DNA of 64,000 bases from Treponemataceae bacterium (lineage in GTDB: Bacteria > Spirochaetota > Spirochaetia > Treponematales > Rectinemataceae). The position numbers were made by a program, and so were the translations under genes. The stretch covers positions 1,248,001-1,312,000 of the forward strand of contig CAXXVZ010000003.1 in assembly GCA_963678065.2 (NCBI GenBank), written 5' to 3'. Below, piece after piece: positions 40,170 to 49,007 of the stretch; the stretch's first letter is position 1; each line of letters begins with the position of its first letter. Under the pieces are notes generated by a model. It ran no database searches. It had not been told where the DNA came from and saw nothing but the letters and a program-made list of their open reading frames with translations.

Positions 40170-41392
40170 GCCTTGGCTCCTTTCCGGCCGCGGAAGAGGC
40201 GTTCGTAGATCGTCTCGGCGAGCATGAGAAAGAGGATGGTGCCTTTGACAATCTCTATGATCGCGTTGGGCGTCTGAACCGTCCTCGCCATGTATTGGCC
40301 GCCCGAATCGAGAACGCCCCAGAGCAGCGCGGTGAAAATGATGGCTATGGGATCGTTCCTCGCGAGCAGCGCGATGGAAATGCCGTTCCAGCCGTAGCCG
40401 GCGTTGAGGTTCTGGAACATGCGGTGATCGAGACCGAGCACCTGTGTCACTCCCGAAAGCGCCGCGAGCGACCCCGATATGAGGAGGCTCGCCGCGGTTA
40501 TCCACGGAACAAAGATGCCCTGGGTGCGCGCGGCTGCGGGGTTGGCGCCCACCGCGCGCACCTTGAAGCCCAGGTCCGTCTTCTCGAGGATGAAGCGTAC
40601 GAGAAAGCAGGTGGCGATGGCGATGAGGATGCCGATGTGGAGGCGGTAGTTGGCGTTGGGGAGAAAATCCTTGAAAAGGGGGAGGAAAAAGGTCTCCCTG
40701 ATGGGGTCCGTCGTGTAGGGATGGGTGGTGAGAGCAGGATCGCCGCCGTTCGCCCTGATGAACATCGACGAGAGGGTGCGTGTGGCGTAGGCGAACATCA
40801 TCGTCGTGATCACTTCGTGCGCGCCCGTCTTGACCTTGAGTATCGCGGGGATGGCGTTGAGGGCCGCGCCGAAAAGGGCGCCCGCGACGAAGACGAGGGG
40901 TATGGCGACAAGGGGCGGCAGGTTGAGGTTGAGACCGAGCCAGGTCGCGACCATGACGCCAATGTAGTATTGCCCCTCGGCGCCGATGTTGAAGAGGCCT
41001 CCCTTGAACGCGAAGGCGATCGCGAGGCCGGTGAAGATGAGCGGCGTCGCGTTGAGGATGGCGATGTGCCAGTTTTTTACGAGGCCGCCGTAGAAGAGAG
41101 CCTTGTAGGACGCGATGGGGTCGAAGCCCGTGAAGGCCATGATGGCGGCGCCGATGATGAGGGCCGAGCATATGCCAGCGACGGGGATCGCCGCGCGGAC
41201 GAGGATGCGGCGCGCCGCGCGCCCGGTCTCGACCGCTCCGAGGGCGGCAAACCTTTCGATGCATACCAGAATCAGAGCAGCCGCGATGAGCCACAGCCCC
41301 CGGAAATACGAGGCCAGGTACAGAATCGCCCCCGCGACACCGAGGAGCGCCGCGAAAACACCCAGCAGCCGTCTGGGAAGTGGCATTTTCAC
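40166..41392 (-). CDS. Nucleoside ABC transporter permease (NupB/NupP-like)
   Basis: GGLFNIGAEGQ, HEVITTMM, GYGWNGISIALLA. Confidence 0.88.
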   Translation of the reverse strand: MKMPLPRRLLGVFAALLGVAGAILYLASYFRGLWLIAAALILVCIERFAALGAVETGRAARRILVRAAIPVAGICSALIIGAAIMAFTGFDPIASYKALFYGGLVKNWHIAILNATPLIFTGLAIAFAFKGGLFNIGAEGQYYIGVMVATWLGLNLNLPPLVAIPLVFVAGALFGAALNAIPAILKVKTGAHEVITTMMFAYATRTLSSMFIRANGGDPALTTHPYTTDPIRETFFLPLFKDFLPNANYRLHIGILIAIATCFLVRFILEKTDLGFKVRAVGANPAAARTQGIFVPWITAASLLISGSLAALSGVTQVLGLDHRMFQNLNAGYGWNGISIALLARNDPIAIIFTALLWGVLDSGGQYMARTVQTPNAIIEIVKGTILFLMLAETIYERLFRGRKGAKA

Positions 41393-42933
41393 GATGCGCT
41401 CCTTTCCGCCTTGCCGCGTATCATGTACTCGCCGACTTCCACTACGCTCGTGCGGGAGATGGCGCTCTCGAAGACGATCTCGCCTCCGTGGAGGACTGCG
41501 ACGCGGTCGGAGAGGGTGAAGATTTCCTCGAGTTCCATAGAGACGAGCAGAATGGCCGCGTTCCGCTCTTTGAGTTCGAGTATGCGTCGGTAGACGTACT
41601 CGATGGCTCCGACGTCGAGGCCCCGCGTCGGCTGAGATATGAGGAGGAAGGCGGGATCGCGCGAGAACTCCCGCGCGAGGATGACTTTCTGCTGATTCCC
41701 GCCCGAAAGCGTCGACGCGTGGGCCTCCGGTCCGGCCGCCCTGATGTCGTAGCCCTCCATGAGCCGCCCGGCCTGGGCCCGCATGGCCACAAAATCGAGA
41801 AAACCGCCGCGGCAGAGCGGCGGACGGTCGCTCCGTCCGAGCGCGAGGTTCTCCTCCACCGAGAAGGACAGGACGAGCCCTGAACCGCGGCGGTCCTGGG
41901 GCACATAACCCATGCCTTCGTCCATACGCCGCCTGACATCCCAGCGGGAAACATCCCTGCCCTTGAAAAGGACGCGCCCCGAATCAGGCGCCCGCAGACC
42001 GACGAGGGCCTCGCAGAGCTCGCTCTGGCCGTTGCCTTCGACGCCAGCGATGCCCAGTATCTCTCCGGGGCCGACGCCGAGGCTCGCCGCCTTGAGTGCG
42101 GAAAGGCCGCGGGAATTCCTCACGGAGAGCCTTTCGACGCGCAGGATCGGCTCCGGCGTCGGCTTGGCCGCGGGCCGCTCGACATCCAGGACGACCTCCC
42201 GGCCCACCATGAGCTTCGCGAGCTCGGCTGAGCTCGCCTCCGCCGTGCGGCGCTCGCCCTTCAGCTCGCCCTTGCGCAGAATGTAGACCCGCCCGGAAAG
42301 GTGCCGGACTTCCTCGAGTTTGTGCGTGATGATTATGATCGAGGTCCCATCCGCGGCGAGGCGCCGGAGGACGGCGAACAGCTCTTCCACCTCGCGCGGC
42401 GTGAGAACCGCCGTCGGCTCGTCGAGTATGAGAACCCGCGCCGAGCGGTAGAGCGCCTTGAGTATCTCGACGCGCTGCTGGAGTCCCACGGAAAGATCCT
42501 CGAGGCGGGCGTCGGGGTCCACGGCGAGGCCGTAGCGGTCGGAGAGCTCGACGACTCTCTGTCTGGCCCTCTTGTAGAGTACATGTCCGAGGCGGACAGG
42601 CTCGTCGCCGAGAATTATGTTCTGGGTGACGCTGAGCGTGGGGACGAGCATGAAATGCTGGTGCACCATGCCCAGCCCCCTGGATATGGCGTCCCGGGGC
42701 GAGGAGAAGCTCACGGGCTTTCCGTCGAGCAGTATCTCGCCGGAAGTCGGCTTGTAGAGGCCGAAGAGTATGTTCATGAGCGTGGTCTTGCCCGCGCCGT
42801 TCTCGCCGAGGAAGGCGATGATCTCTCCAGGGTAGAGTTTCACGGATATGTCGCGGTTCGCGACCACCCTCGAGAATGCTTTCGTGATATTGCGTGTCTC
42901 AAGGACAGGCGATATCCCTGCCTGCGTCCTCAT
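41389..42933 (-). CDS. Nucleoside ABC transporter ATP-binding protein
   Basis: GENGAGKTT, MVHQHFMLV, DEPTAVLTP, LSGGNQQK, QPTRGLD. Confidence 0.92.
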   Translation of the reverse strand: MRTQAGISPVLETRNITKAFSRVVANRDISVKLYPGEIIAFLGENGAGKTTLMNILFGLYKPTSGEILLDGKPVSFSSPRDAISRGLGMVHQHFMLVPTLSVTQNIILGDEPVRLGHVLYKRARQRVVELSDRYGLAVDPDARLEDLSVGLQQRVEILKALYRSARVLILDEPTAVLTPREVEELFAVLRRLAADGTSIIIITHKLEEVRHLSGRVYILRKGELKGERRTAEASSAELAKLMVGREVVLDVERPAAKPTPEPILRVERLSVRNSRGLSALKAASLGVGPGEILGIAGVEGNGQSELCEALVGLRAPDSGRVLFKGRDVSRWDVRRRMDEGMGYVPQDRRGSGLVLSFSVEENLALGRSDRPPLCRGGFLDFVAMRAQAGRLMEGYDIRAAGPEAHASTLSGGNQQKVILAREFSRDPAFLLISQPTRGLDVGAIEYVYRRILELKERNAAILLVSMELEEIFTLSDRVAVLHGGEIVFESAISRTSVVEVGEYMIRGKAERSAS

Positions 42934-42936
42934 CCC

Positions 42937-43998
42937 TCAGCTCCCGGCCAGCGTCGAGAGGGCGGGGCCGAAGGGCGGATAGGCTACGCCGCGTTCGGTG
43001 ACGATGGCGGTTATGAGGTCGGCGTCAGTGACGTCGAAGGCGGGGTTGCAGACCTTCACGCCAGCAGGAGCCATGCGCCGCGCATACCATTTTTCGGTGA
43101 CTTCCTCGGCCGGCCTCTGTTCGATGCGGATATTTTCGCCCGAAGCGCAGCCGAAGTCGATCGTCGAAAAGGGCGCGTGGATGTAAAAAGGAATCCCGTA
43201 GTGCCGCGCGAGGATAGCCACCCCCGAGGTGCCTATCTTGTTCGCGGCGTCCCCGTTCGCGGCCACGCGGTCGCAGCCGACGAGAACTGCCTGGACGAGG
43301 CCGCTCTTCATGACGATCGAGGCCATGTTGTCGCAGATGAGCGTCACGTCGATTCCCGCCTGCATGAGCTCCCAGGCAGTCAGGCGCGCGCCTTGGAGGA
43401 GGGGGCGCGTCTCGTCGGCGTAGACCTTGAAGCCGTAACCCCGCTCGGCGCCGAGGTATATCGGGGCGAGGGCCGTACCATAGCGCGCGGTCGCGATCGC
43501 CCCCGCGTTGCAGTGCGTGAGGAGCCCCCATCCTCTTCCAAGGAGGGTGAGCGAGTTTTCGCCTATTCGTCGGCAGGTCTCTTCGTCGTCGTCCCTGATC
43601 GCCTCGGCCTCGAGCATCAAGGCTTTCTTCGCTGCGTCCGGGCTCTCGCCCTCCAGGCAAAGAAGTTTCGCCTCCATCCTGTCGAGAGCCCAGAAGAGGT
43701 TGACCGCCGTCGGCCGCGAAGAGGCGAGGTAGGCCTTGGCCGCGCGGAACTCCGCGAGGAGAGAGGCGAAGTCGCCCGCGGGAAAGTCGCGGACAGCGAG
43801 ATAGACGCCGTATGCCGCGGCTATGCCTATGGCGGGTGCGCCCCTCACTTTCAGTTCGTATATGGCCTCCCATATTTCCCTCTGGGTCTTGAGCCTGAGG
43901 AACGCGACTTCGTTCGGCAGGAGGGTCTGGTCGAGGATCACGAGAGATCCGTCGTCATCGTCGAGCCTCACCGGCTCCGGGCCTTTGATTTCACTCAT
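42937..43998 (-). CDS. mtnA: S-methyl-5-thioribose-1-phosphate isomerase (also 5-deoxyribose-1-P isomerase family)
   Basis: LDQTLLP, VRGAPAIG, SRPTAVNL, LTHCNAG, DETRPLLQGARLTAWEL, ANKIGT, NPAFDVT. Confidence 0.93.
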   Translation of the reverse strand: MSEIKGPEPVRLDDDDGSLVILDQTLLPNEVAFLRLKTQREIWEAIYELKVRGAPAIGIAAAYGVYLAVRDFPAGDFASLLAEFRAAKAYLASSRPTAVNLFWALDRMEAKLLCLEGESPDAAKKALMLEAEAIRDDDEETCRRIGENSLTLLGRGWGLLTHCNAGAIATARYGTALAPIYLGAERGYGFKVYADETRPLLQGARLTAWELMQAGIDVTLICDNMASIVMKSGLVQAVLVGCDRVAANGDAANKIGTSGVAILARHYGIPFYIHAPFSTIDFGCASGENIRIEQRPAEEVTEKWYARRMAPAGVKVCNPAFDVTDADLITAIVTERGVAYPPFGPALSTLAGS

Positions 43999-44978
43999 CG
44001 CGCGTACCTCTCATTCGTGCCGCCAGCCAGCGGCCCTTCTTTTTCATCCGGCACCCCGAGCAGAGCCTCCGCGGTCGGGCGATCGGTGACCAGACCGTTG
44101 ATCACGCCGCCGCGCAGGGCGCCGAGAATGGTGGCCAGCTTCCCCGGCCCGAAGGCCATGGCGATCACGTGCGGCAATCGCCGTATACTCTCCCACTCGA
44201 GGGAGACCGTCCGGTCGGCGAAGGACATGGGCACATACCTTCCCGCAGCGTCGTAATACCGCATGAGGATGTCGCCCACAGCTCCCTTCGCATTGAGCTC
44301 CTCGAGCTGTTCGGCGCCGATGTAGCCCGTCTTCATGATACTCGAATCCCGGGTGACGCCGCCAAGCCCGACGAAGGCCAGATCGACTTTCGCCGCGTTT
44401 TCGAGCGCCCTTCCTATGGCGGGTTCCTTGATCATCATCTCCTTGACCCGCCCGCTCCGCACGAGGACGGGCATGGGGATGCTCTCGATCGGCACGCCCA
44501 GCTTCTCCGCGAGTGGAGATGATAAGCCATACGGGGTGCTGGGCTCCAGGTAGGTCCCCGCCAACTCATTGATGCGGGAGGGAAGCGAGGCCGGGCGTCT
44601 CACAAAGGGAAGCATCGCGCTCACCGTGGTGCTCCAGGCCACTCCGATCCTGCAACCCGGCGTTATGAGACGCCCAAGAAGCTCGGCGCCCCCCATGCCC
44701 ACGGCTTCCCTGCTCTCCTCCAACGTAGCGCCAGTGGAGACGACGATCGCGGTCTTGAGCCCATAGCGCTGCTCAAGCCGGAGGCCGAGCGCGAAGAGTT
44801 CCGGAAGCGGTTTCTTGACCGTTATCTGTACAAGTCCCTCCTCGCGGGCCCTCTTGAGCATCCTCGTCACGGCGACGCGGGAGAGTCCCATCTTCGCGGC
44901 GACCTCCTCCTGGCTTAAGCCCTCGATGTAATACAGATTCGCGATCACCGTGAGAGCCTCATCCGCGTATCCGCCCAT
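43995..44978 (-). CDS. SorC/DeoR family sugar-phosphate-binding transcriptional regulator
   Basis: LYYIEGLSQEEVA..MGLSRVAVTRML..AREEGLVQI HTH; GAVGDI, GLVTD. Confidence 0.88.
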   Translation of the reverse strand: MGGYADEALTVIANLYYIEGLSQEEVAAKMGLSRVAVTRMLKRAREEGLVQITVKKPLPELFALGLRLEQRYGLKTAIVVSTGATLEESREAVGMGGAELLGRLITPGCRIGVAWSTTVSAMLPFVRRPASLPSRINELAGTYLEPSTPYGLSSPLAEKLGVPIESIPMPVLVRSGRVKEMMIKEPAIGRALENAAKVDLAFVGLGGVTRDSSIMKTGYIGAEQLEELNAKGAVGDILMRYYDAAGRYVPMSFADRTVSLEWESIRRLPHVIAMAFGPGKLATILGALRGGVINGLVTDRPTAEALLGVPDEKEGPLAGGTNERYAR

Positions 44979-44989
44979 TCCGCCACCTC

Positions 44990-46135
44990 TCACAAAGATT
45001 CGAGCAAAGCGAGGAAATGCCTGGCGTTTTCCGCGAGGTCCGCGCTCCGGCGATGGAGTCCGCCACCGATAAGGAGGATGAAGTCCTTTCCGTAGACATC
45101 GAGCATCTCCCTGGCGCGGTCTGTCGTCATGCCCCCGCCCGGCGCGGGGAAAATGGGCTTGATATCTCCCATCGCCTCTCGTGAGGCCCGGGCGATGCCG
45201 AGGCACTCCTCGCGGGTGAAGGCGAAACGCCCGCCGAAATTCGGATACACAGTGGCGTCGGCTCCCGCAAGCCGCATGAGGCCGCCGTAGAGCGCGGCGT
45301 GGCTGAAGCCGCTCTCCGGGGAAGTCACGAACGAGCCTCCGAACGAGGGGTGCGCCATGATGGGCAGCCCGACTGAGTCGTCGTCGGCGATGAGGCGCAT
45401 CGCGTCGAAACCGACGAGGGCCGGGCAAATAAGGAGAGCCCCCGCCCCGAGTTCTCTGGCCCGCCGCGCAGAGGGCAGGAGCCTGTCCGCCCTCGCGGTG
45501 ATGTTGGGCATGTAGACGCTTCTCCGTCCGGTCTCGCGGTTCGCCCTCTCCACAGCCTCGACGCAGCGCGCGACCCTCTCCTCGAAGGGACAGAAGACCT
45601 GGTCGGCGATGCCGTGGTCGTCCTTGATGAGGTCGATGCCCCCGAGGGCGAATCGGTATGCCTGGTCGGCCAGCTCCGCGGGGGACAAGCCCATGGGCTT
45701 GAGCGCGGTGCACAGGAGGGGGCGGGAGTCCTGGCCGAGGAGGGCCCGAAGGCCGGACCGGCCGAAGCGGGGTCCGCGGAACCGGCGGAGGATGGATTCG
45801 GGGAGCGTCATACGCTCGACCTTGATGCCCGGCTTTATGCTGATGTTCCCGTAGACAACATTGAGAAGCTGAACGAGGTCCGGCCCGGCGACCTCCGCGG
45901 CGAAGCTGATCCTCGCGCGGTAAAGGCCCGGTCGGGAAGGCTCGAGGAGCTCGACCTTCCCGACTATTCCGTCTCTGATGGGGCCCTCCGGCACGAGATC
46001 CGCCGGAAACTCGACCGTCTGCTCCAGACAGATATCCTCCGCTTTGGCCCGGGCCTCGGCCTCGTCGCCTGCAAGGAGATAGGTGACGGCGAAGCGCTCC
46101 CCCCCGAGAATTCCGGACAGATGATCGCCCGCCAT
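44990..46135 (-). CDS. RuBisCO-like protein (form IV), Rhodospirillum rubrum / deep-YkrW type (MTRu-1-P 1,3-isomerase-like)
   Basis: EQTVE, YGNISI, ALKPMGLS, GGIDLIKDDHGIADQ, AHPS, GADATVYPNFGGRF, PAPGGG, LIGGGL. KDDH replaces the KDDE of carboxylating RuBisCO. Confidence 0.88.
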   Translation of the reverse strand: MAGDHLSGILGGERFAVTYLLAGDEAEARAKAEDICLEQTVEFPADLVPEGPIRDGIVGKVELLEPSRPGLYRARISFAAEVAGPDLVQLLNVVYGNISIKPGIKVERMTLPESILRRFRGPRFGRSGLRALLGQDSRPLLCTALKPMGLSPAELADQAYRFALGGIDLIKDDHGIADQVFCPFEERVARCVEAVERANRETGRRSVYMPNITARADRLLPSARRARELGAGALLICPALVGFDAMRLIADDDSVGLPIMAHPSFGGSFVTSPESGFSHAALYGGLMRLAGADATVYPNFGGRFAFTREECLGIARASREAMGDIKPIFPAPGGGMTTDRAREMLDVYGKDFILLIGGGLHRRSADLAENARHFLALLESL

Positions 46136-47142
46136 CAGAGGGCCTCGGCTTTGGCCGCGCTGTGGACCGCCTCGATGCGCTGGGCCGCGAGTTCCGAATC
46201 GTCGATGCCGAAGCTCATGCCGGTCAGACTCTCGACCTTCGAGACGAGAGCCGAGGCGTCGAGTCCGTATTCTCTCATCAAATACCCCTTGGAGCCGCCG
46301 TGGGCGAAGCTGTCCTGTAGGCCCATGCGGATAAGGCGCTTTCCGATGCCCTTTTCCGCGATAATCTCGGCCACTTCGGCGCCGAGACCGCCTATGACGC
46401 TGTGATTCTCCATTGTAATGACACCGTAGCGCGGCTTGCACAGAGCCTCCTCGAGGGCCGCGTCGCCGGAGGGCTTGTGCGTCGACACATGGAGGTGCTG
46501 GATCGAGAGGCCCCTTCTGCGCAGCGAGGCGGTGGCGCGCATCGCCTCCTCGGTGGAAATACCCGCCGTGACGATGCTGATGTCGGAGCCGACGGACAGA
46601 ACCCGCGACTTTCCCGCGACGAAGGGCTCTTCCCGGGGGAAGAGCCGGGGGAGCTCGCCGCGCAGCATGCGGATGTAGACCGGCCCTTGCGCATCGAGAA
46701 CGGGATCGAGGACGGTCTCGACCTCGGTGGCGTCTCCCACCTCGAAGACTGTCATGTTCGGAACCGCGCGCATGACGGCGATGTCCTCGATAGCCTGATG
46801 GGTCGCCCCCCCGGGAGTGGTTATCCCTGGAAGAAAGCCGAAAAACTTGACGGGCAGATTGGAATAGGCCACCGAGCTCACGATCTGATTGAGCGCCTGC
46901 CGGTAGATGAAAACCGCGAATGTGTGGATGAGCGGTATGAAGCCCTCGCGGGCGAGCCCCGCCGCGAAACTCACCATGTTCTGCTCGGCGATGCCCATGG
47001 AGAAAAAACGCTCCGGATAGGCTTCCTTGAACTCGGCTATCTCGGTGGAGCCCGTCAAGTCCGCGGAGAGCACGACGACGCGCGGCTTGTCCGCGGCCCA
47101 CGAGACGAGATTCCGCGCGTGCACCTTGCTGAGGATTTCCAC
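46135..47142 (-). CDS. Transketolase-like ThDP enzyme, C-terminal (pyrimidine-binding) subunit
   Basis: SADL..S, FSMGIAEQNM, FAVF..R, GGATHQAIED, GPVYIR, ENHSVIGGLG. Confidence 0.88.
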   Translation of the reverse strand: MEILSKVHARNLVSWAADKPRVVVLSADLTGSTEIAEFKEAYPERFFSMGIAEQNMVSFAAGLAREGFIPLIHTFAVFIYRQALNQIVSSVAYSNLPVKFFGFLPGITTPGGATHQAIEDIAVMRAVPNMTVFEVGDATEVETVLDPVLDAQGPVYIRMLRGELPRLFPREEPFVAGKSRVLSVGSDISIVTAGISTEEAMRATASLRRRGLSIQHLHVSTHKPSGDAALEEALCKPRYGVITMENHSVIGGLGAEVAEIIAEKGIGKRLIRMGLQDSFAHGGSKGYLMREYGLDASALVSKVESLTGMSFGIDDSELAAQRIEAVHSAAKAEAL

Positions 47143-47145
47143 GGT

Positions 47146-48093
47146 CTACTCCTTTTCCGCGCGGCGCTTCATCTCCGCCTCGTAAAACTTCGCATACTCC
47201 TTTCGCTCCCCGGACGAGGCGAAACGAAGGTAATGGAACTTGGGCCGGCGCGCGTCGAGGATGCCAAGGCCCCGACATGGGTCCGTGCGGCAGAGGACGA
47301 AGGTGGGCCTGCCATCGGGCTTTCGGCCGCAGGCGGCGTCGATGGCGAAGGGATCGTGCCCGTCCACGACAGAGGCGTGCGCGCCGAAGGATTCGATTCG
47401 CGCATCGAGGGGCTCGATCCCCATGACGTCCTTCATCTCGCCGTCGCACTGCTGACCGTTCACGTCGACGCAGACGATCATGTTGTCGAGTTTATAGAAG
47501 GACATCGTCTGAATGGCCTCCCATGTCTGCCCCTCCTGGAATTCGCCGTCGGAGAGGAAAACGACTACCCTACCCCTCTCGCGCTTCAGTTTTTTGGCGA
47601 GGGCTATCCCCGCAGCCTGGCTCAAGGTCTGCGCGAGAGCCCCGCCCATCATCTCGAAACCGGGAGAATGCTCGGCGCCTATCATCTCGACCGTGCTGCC
47701 GTCTTTATTGAACTGGGCGAGTCCCTCGGGAGCCATCCTGCCCGTCTCAACGAGGGTGGCGTAGAGAACGAGGGCGTAGTGGGCCGGACTCAGGAAGAAG
47801 CGGTCATCGTCCGCCTTTCCGGGGCCATTGTAGCCCGCACCTGAGAGGGACCGGCCGCGTCCCTTGCCTGGCACAGCGCTGAAAGGCGACGGAACCAGGG
47901 GAGCGATGCTTGGCCCCAGGCGCATGACCTTCAGATAGAGAGTGGAAAGGATCTCCGCCGCGGAGCAAGCCTGGCTCATGTAGCCACCGTCGTTGGCGAG
48001 CGTGTGCTCCAGCACTCGCAGCCTGATTCCGCGCGCGGCGCGCGAGACATCGTCGATCCATCCGCTGGAGGGCGCGCCCCCGGGAACTGCCAT
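47146..48093 (-). CDS. Transketolase-like ThDP enzyme, N-terminal (diphosphate-binding) subunit, divergent
   Basis: DRFFLSPAHYA, SDGEFQEGQTWEA...DVNGQQCDG ThDP motif, VDGHD. Confidence 0.85.
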   Translation of the reverse strand: MAVPGGAPSSGWIDDVSRAARGIRLRVLEHTLANDGGYMSQACSAAEILSTLYLKVMRLGPSIAPLVPSPFSAVPGKGRGRSLSGAGYNGPGKADDDRFFLSPAHYALVLYATLVETGRMAPEGLAQFNKDGSTVEMIGAEHSPGFEMMGGALAQTLSQAAGIALAKKLKRERGRVVVFLSDGEFQEGQTWEAIQTMSFYKLDNMIVCVDVNGQQCDGEMKDVMGIEPLDARIESFGAHASVVDGHDPFAIDAACGRKPDGRPTFVLCRTDPCRGLGILDARRPKFHYLRFASSGERKEYAKFYEAEMKRRAEKE

Positions 48094-48173
48094 GAATAGC
48101 CTCCGACCTCGGGGACCGCCTTAAAAATCAAGCGTTTTTCATCGGTCCGCCGGCTGAAGAATATGCTTACTGG

Positions 48174-48228
48174 ACTATATGACGGGATCGAAAATCTGTC
48201 AAATTGTTTATCACGGAACTTTTGTTCA
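48174..48228 (-). promoter_or_regulatory. Sigma70 promoter of the transketolase-RLP operon with an upstream GAAC-N4-GTTC palindrome
   Basis: Minus strand TTGACA (48197-48202)-N17-TATAGT (48174-48179); GAACTTTTGTTC at 48216-48227. Confidence 0.65.
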
Positions 48229-48879
48229 GTTCAGTCCGAGCACGATCCCGCAGACCGCCTCCACGGAGCAGCCCCACGCGATTATGCCGCCCCGATGTCC
48301 GGCCATACAGATCGCGCCCTCTTCGGGGCGGCCGTTCTCGACGAATATGCGCCGTATCTCCCCGGCCATGGCAGGCGTCCCGTACGCGACATTTTCGCGC
48401 GTGCGCCTTTGCGCGTCCGGCCAGCCCGACCAGAGAGCTTCGCTGTGCACATGCAGGACAGCGAGGATTTCCGTCGACAACTCATAGAACGCTGCGTGCG
48501 TCAGACTCTCCGAAGAAGCCCGGCAAAGGCCGGCGCAATCCAGTCGGTTCCCCCGGATATCCCAGTCGGAGACATATGAATACGCTTCGGGCCCCGGATC
48601 GATCAAATGCCCTGTCTGGCTCCCCGTGATCAGGAAACCCTCGTGATCCGGCCCATCGGCCTCCCCGCAGCCCGGTATGCACATCCGCTTGCTGAGATTC
48701 CCGTAACCGATGCCGTCCGGCCCGATGCCGATGAGCCCGCGACTCCACATCGCCCTGCGGACGGGGCGCAACTCCGCTATCATCTCTTCGGAGACGCATT
48801 CCTGCCTTCTCCAGACACACTCGAACTTGATGACCCCTTCGTTCGCGTTCCTCGCGGGGTCAGCGTAATCGGGCATCAT
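48226..48879 (-). CDS. Class II aldolase/adducin family protein
   Basis: GNLS.R, FLITGS, SSESLTH, VLHVHS, YGTP, GH; GGAGG RBS. Confidence 0.78.
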   Translation of the reverse strand: MMPDYADPARNANEGVIKFECVWRRQECVSEEMIAELRPVRRAMWSRGLIGIGPDGIGYGNLSKRMCIPGCGEADGPDHEGFLITGSQTGHLIDPGPEAYSYVSDWDIRGNRLDCAGLCRASSESLTHAAFYELSTEILAVLHVHSEALWSGWPDAQRRTRENVAYGTPAMAGEIRRIFVENGRPEEGAICMAGHRGGIIAWGCSVEAVCGIVLGLN

Positions 48880-49007
48880 CCCTCCACTGAACGTATGTTC
48901 ATTTGACAACATTAGAACACCATTTCATGATAACGGTCAATCCAGGGAAAAACACGATGGGCGATACTCTCGTCGTCCCACACACTATCCCCGGAAACGG
49001 AGGATTC

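Noticed and set aside
44990..46135. CO2-fixing RuBisCO or a pentose-bisphosphate pathway
   Set aside because: KDDH instead of KDDE, short length and R. rubrum RLP-like motifs indicate form IV; no PRK or AMP phosphorylase nearby.
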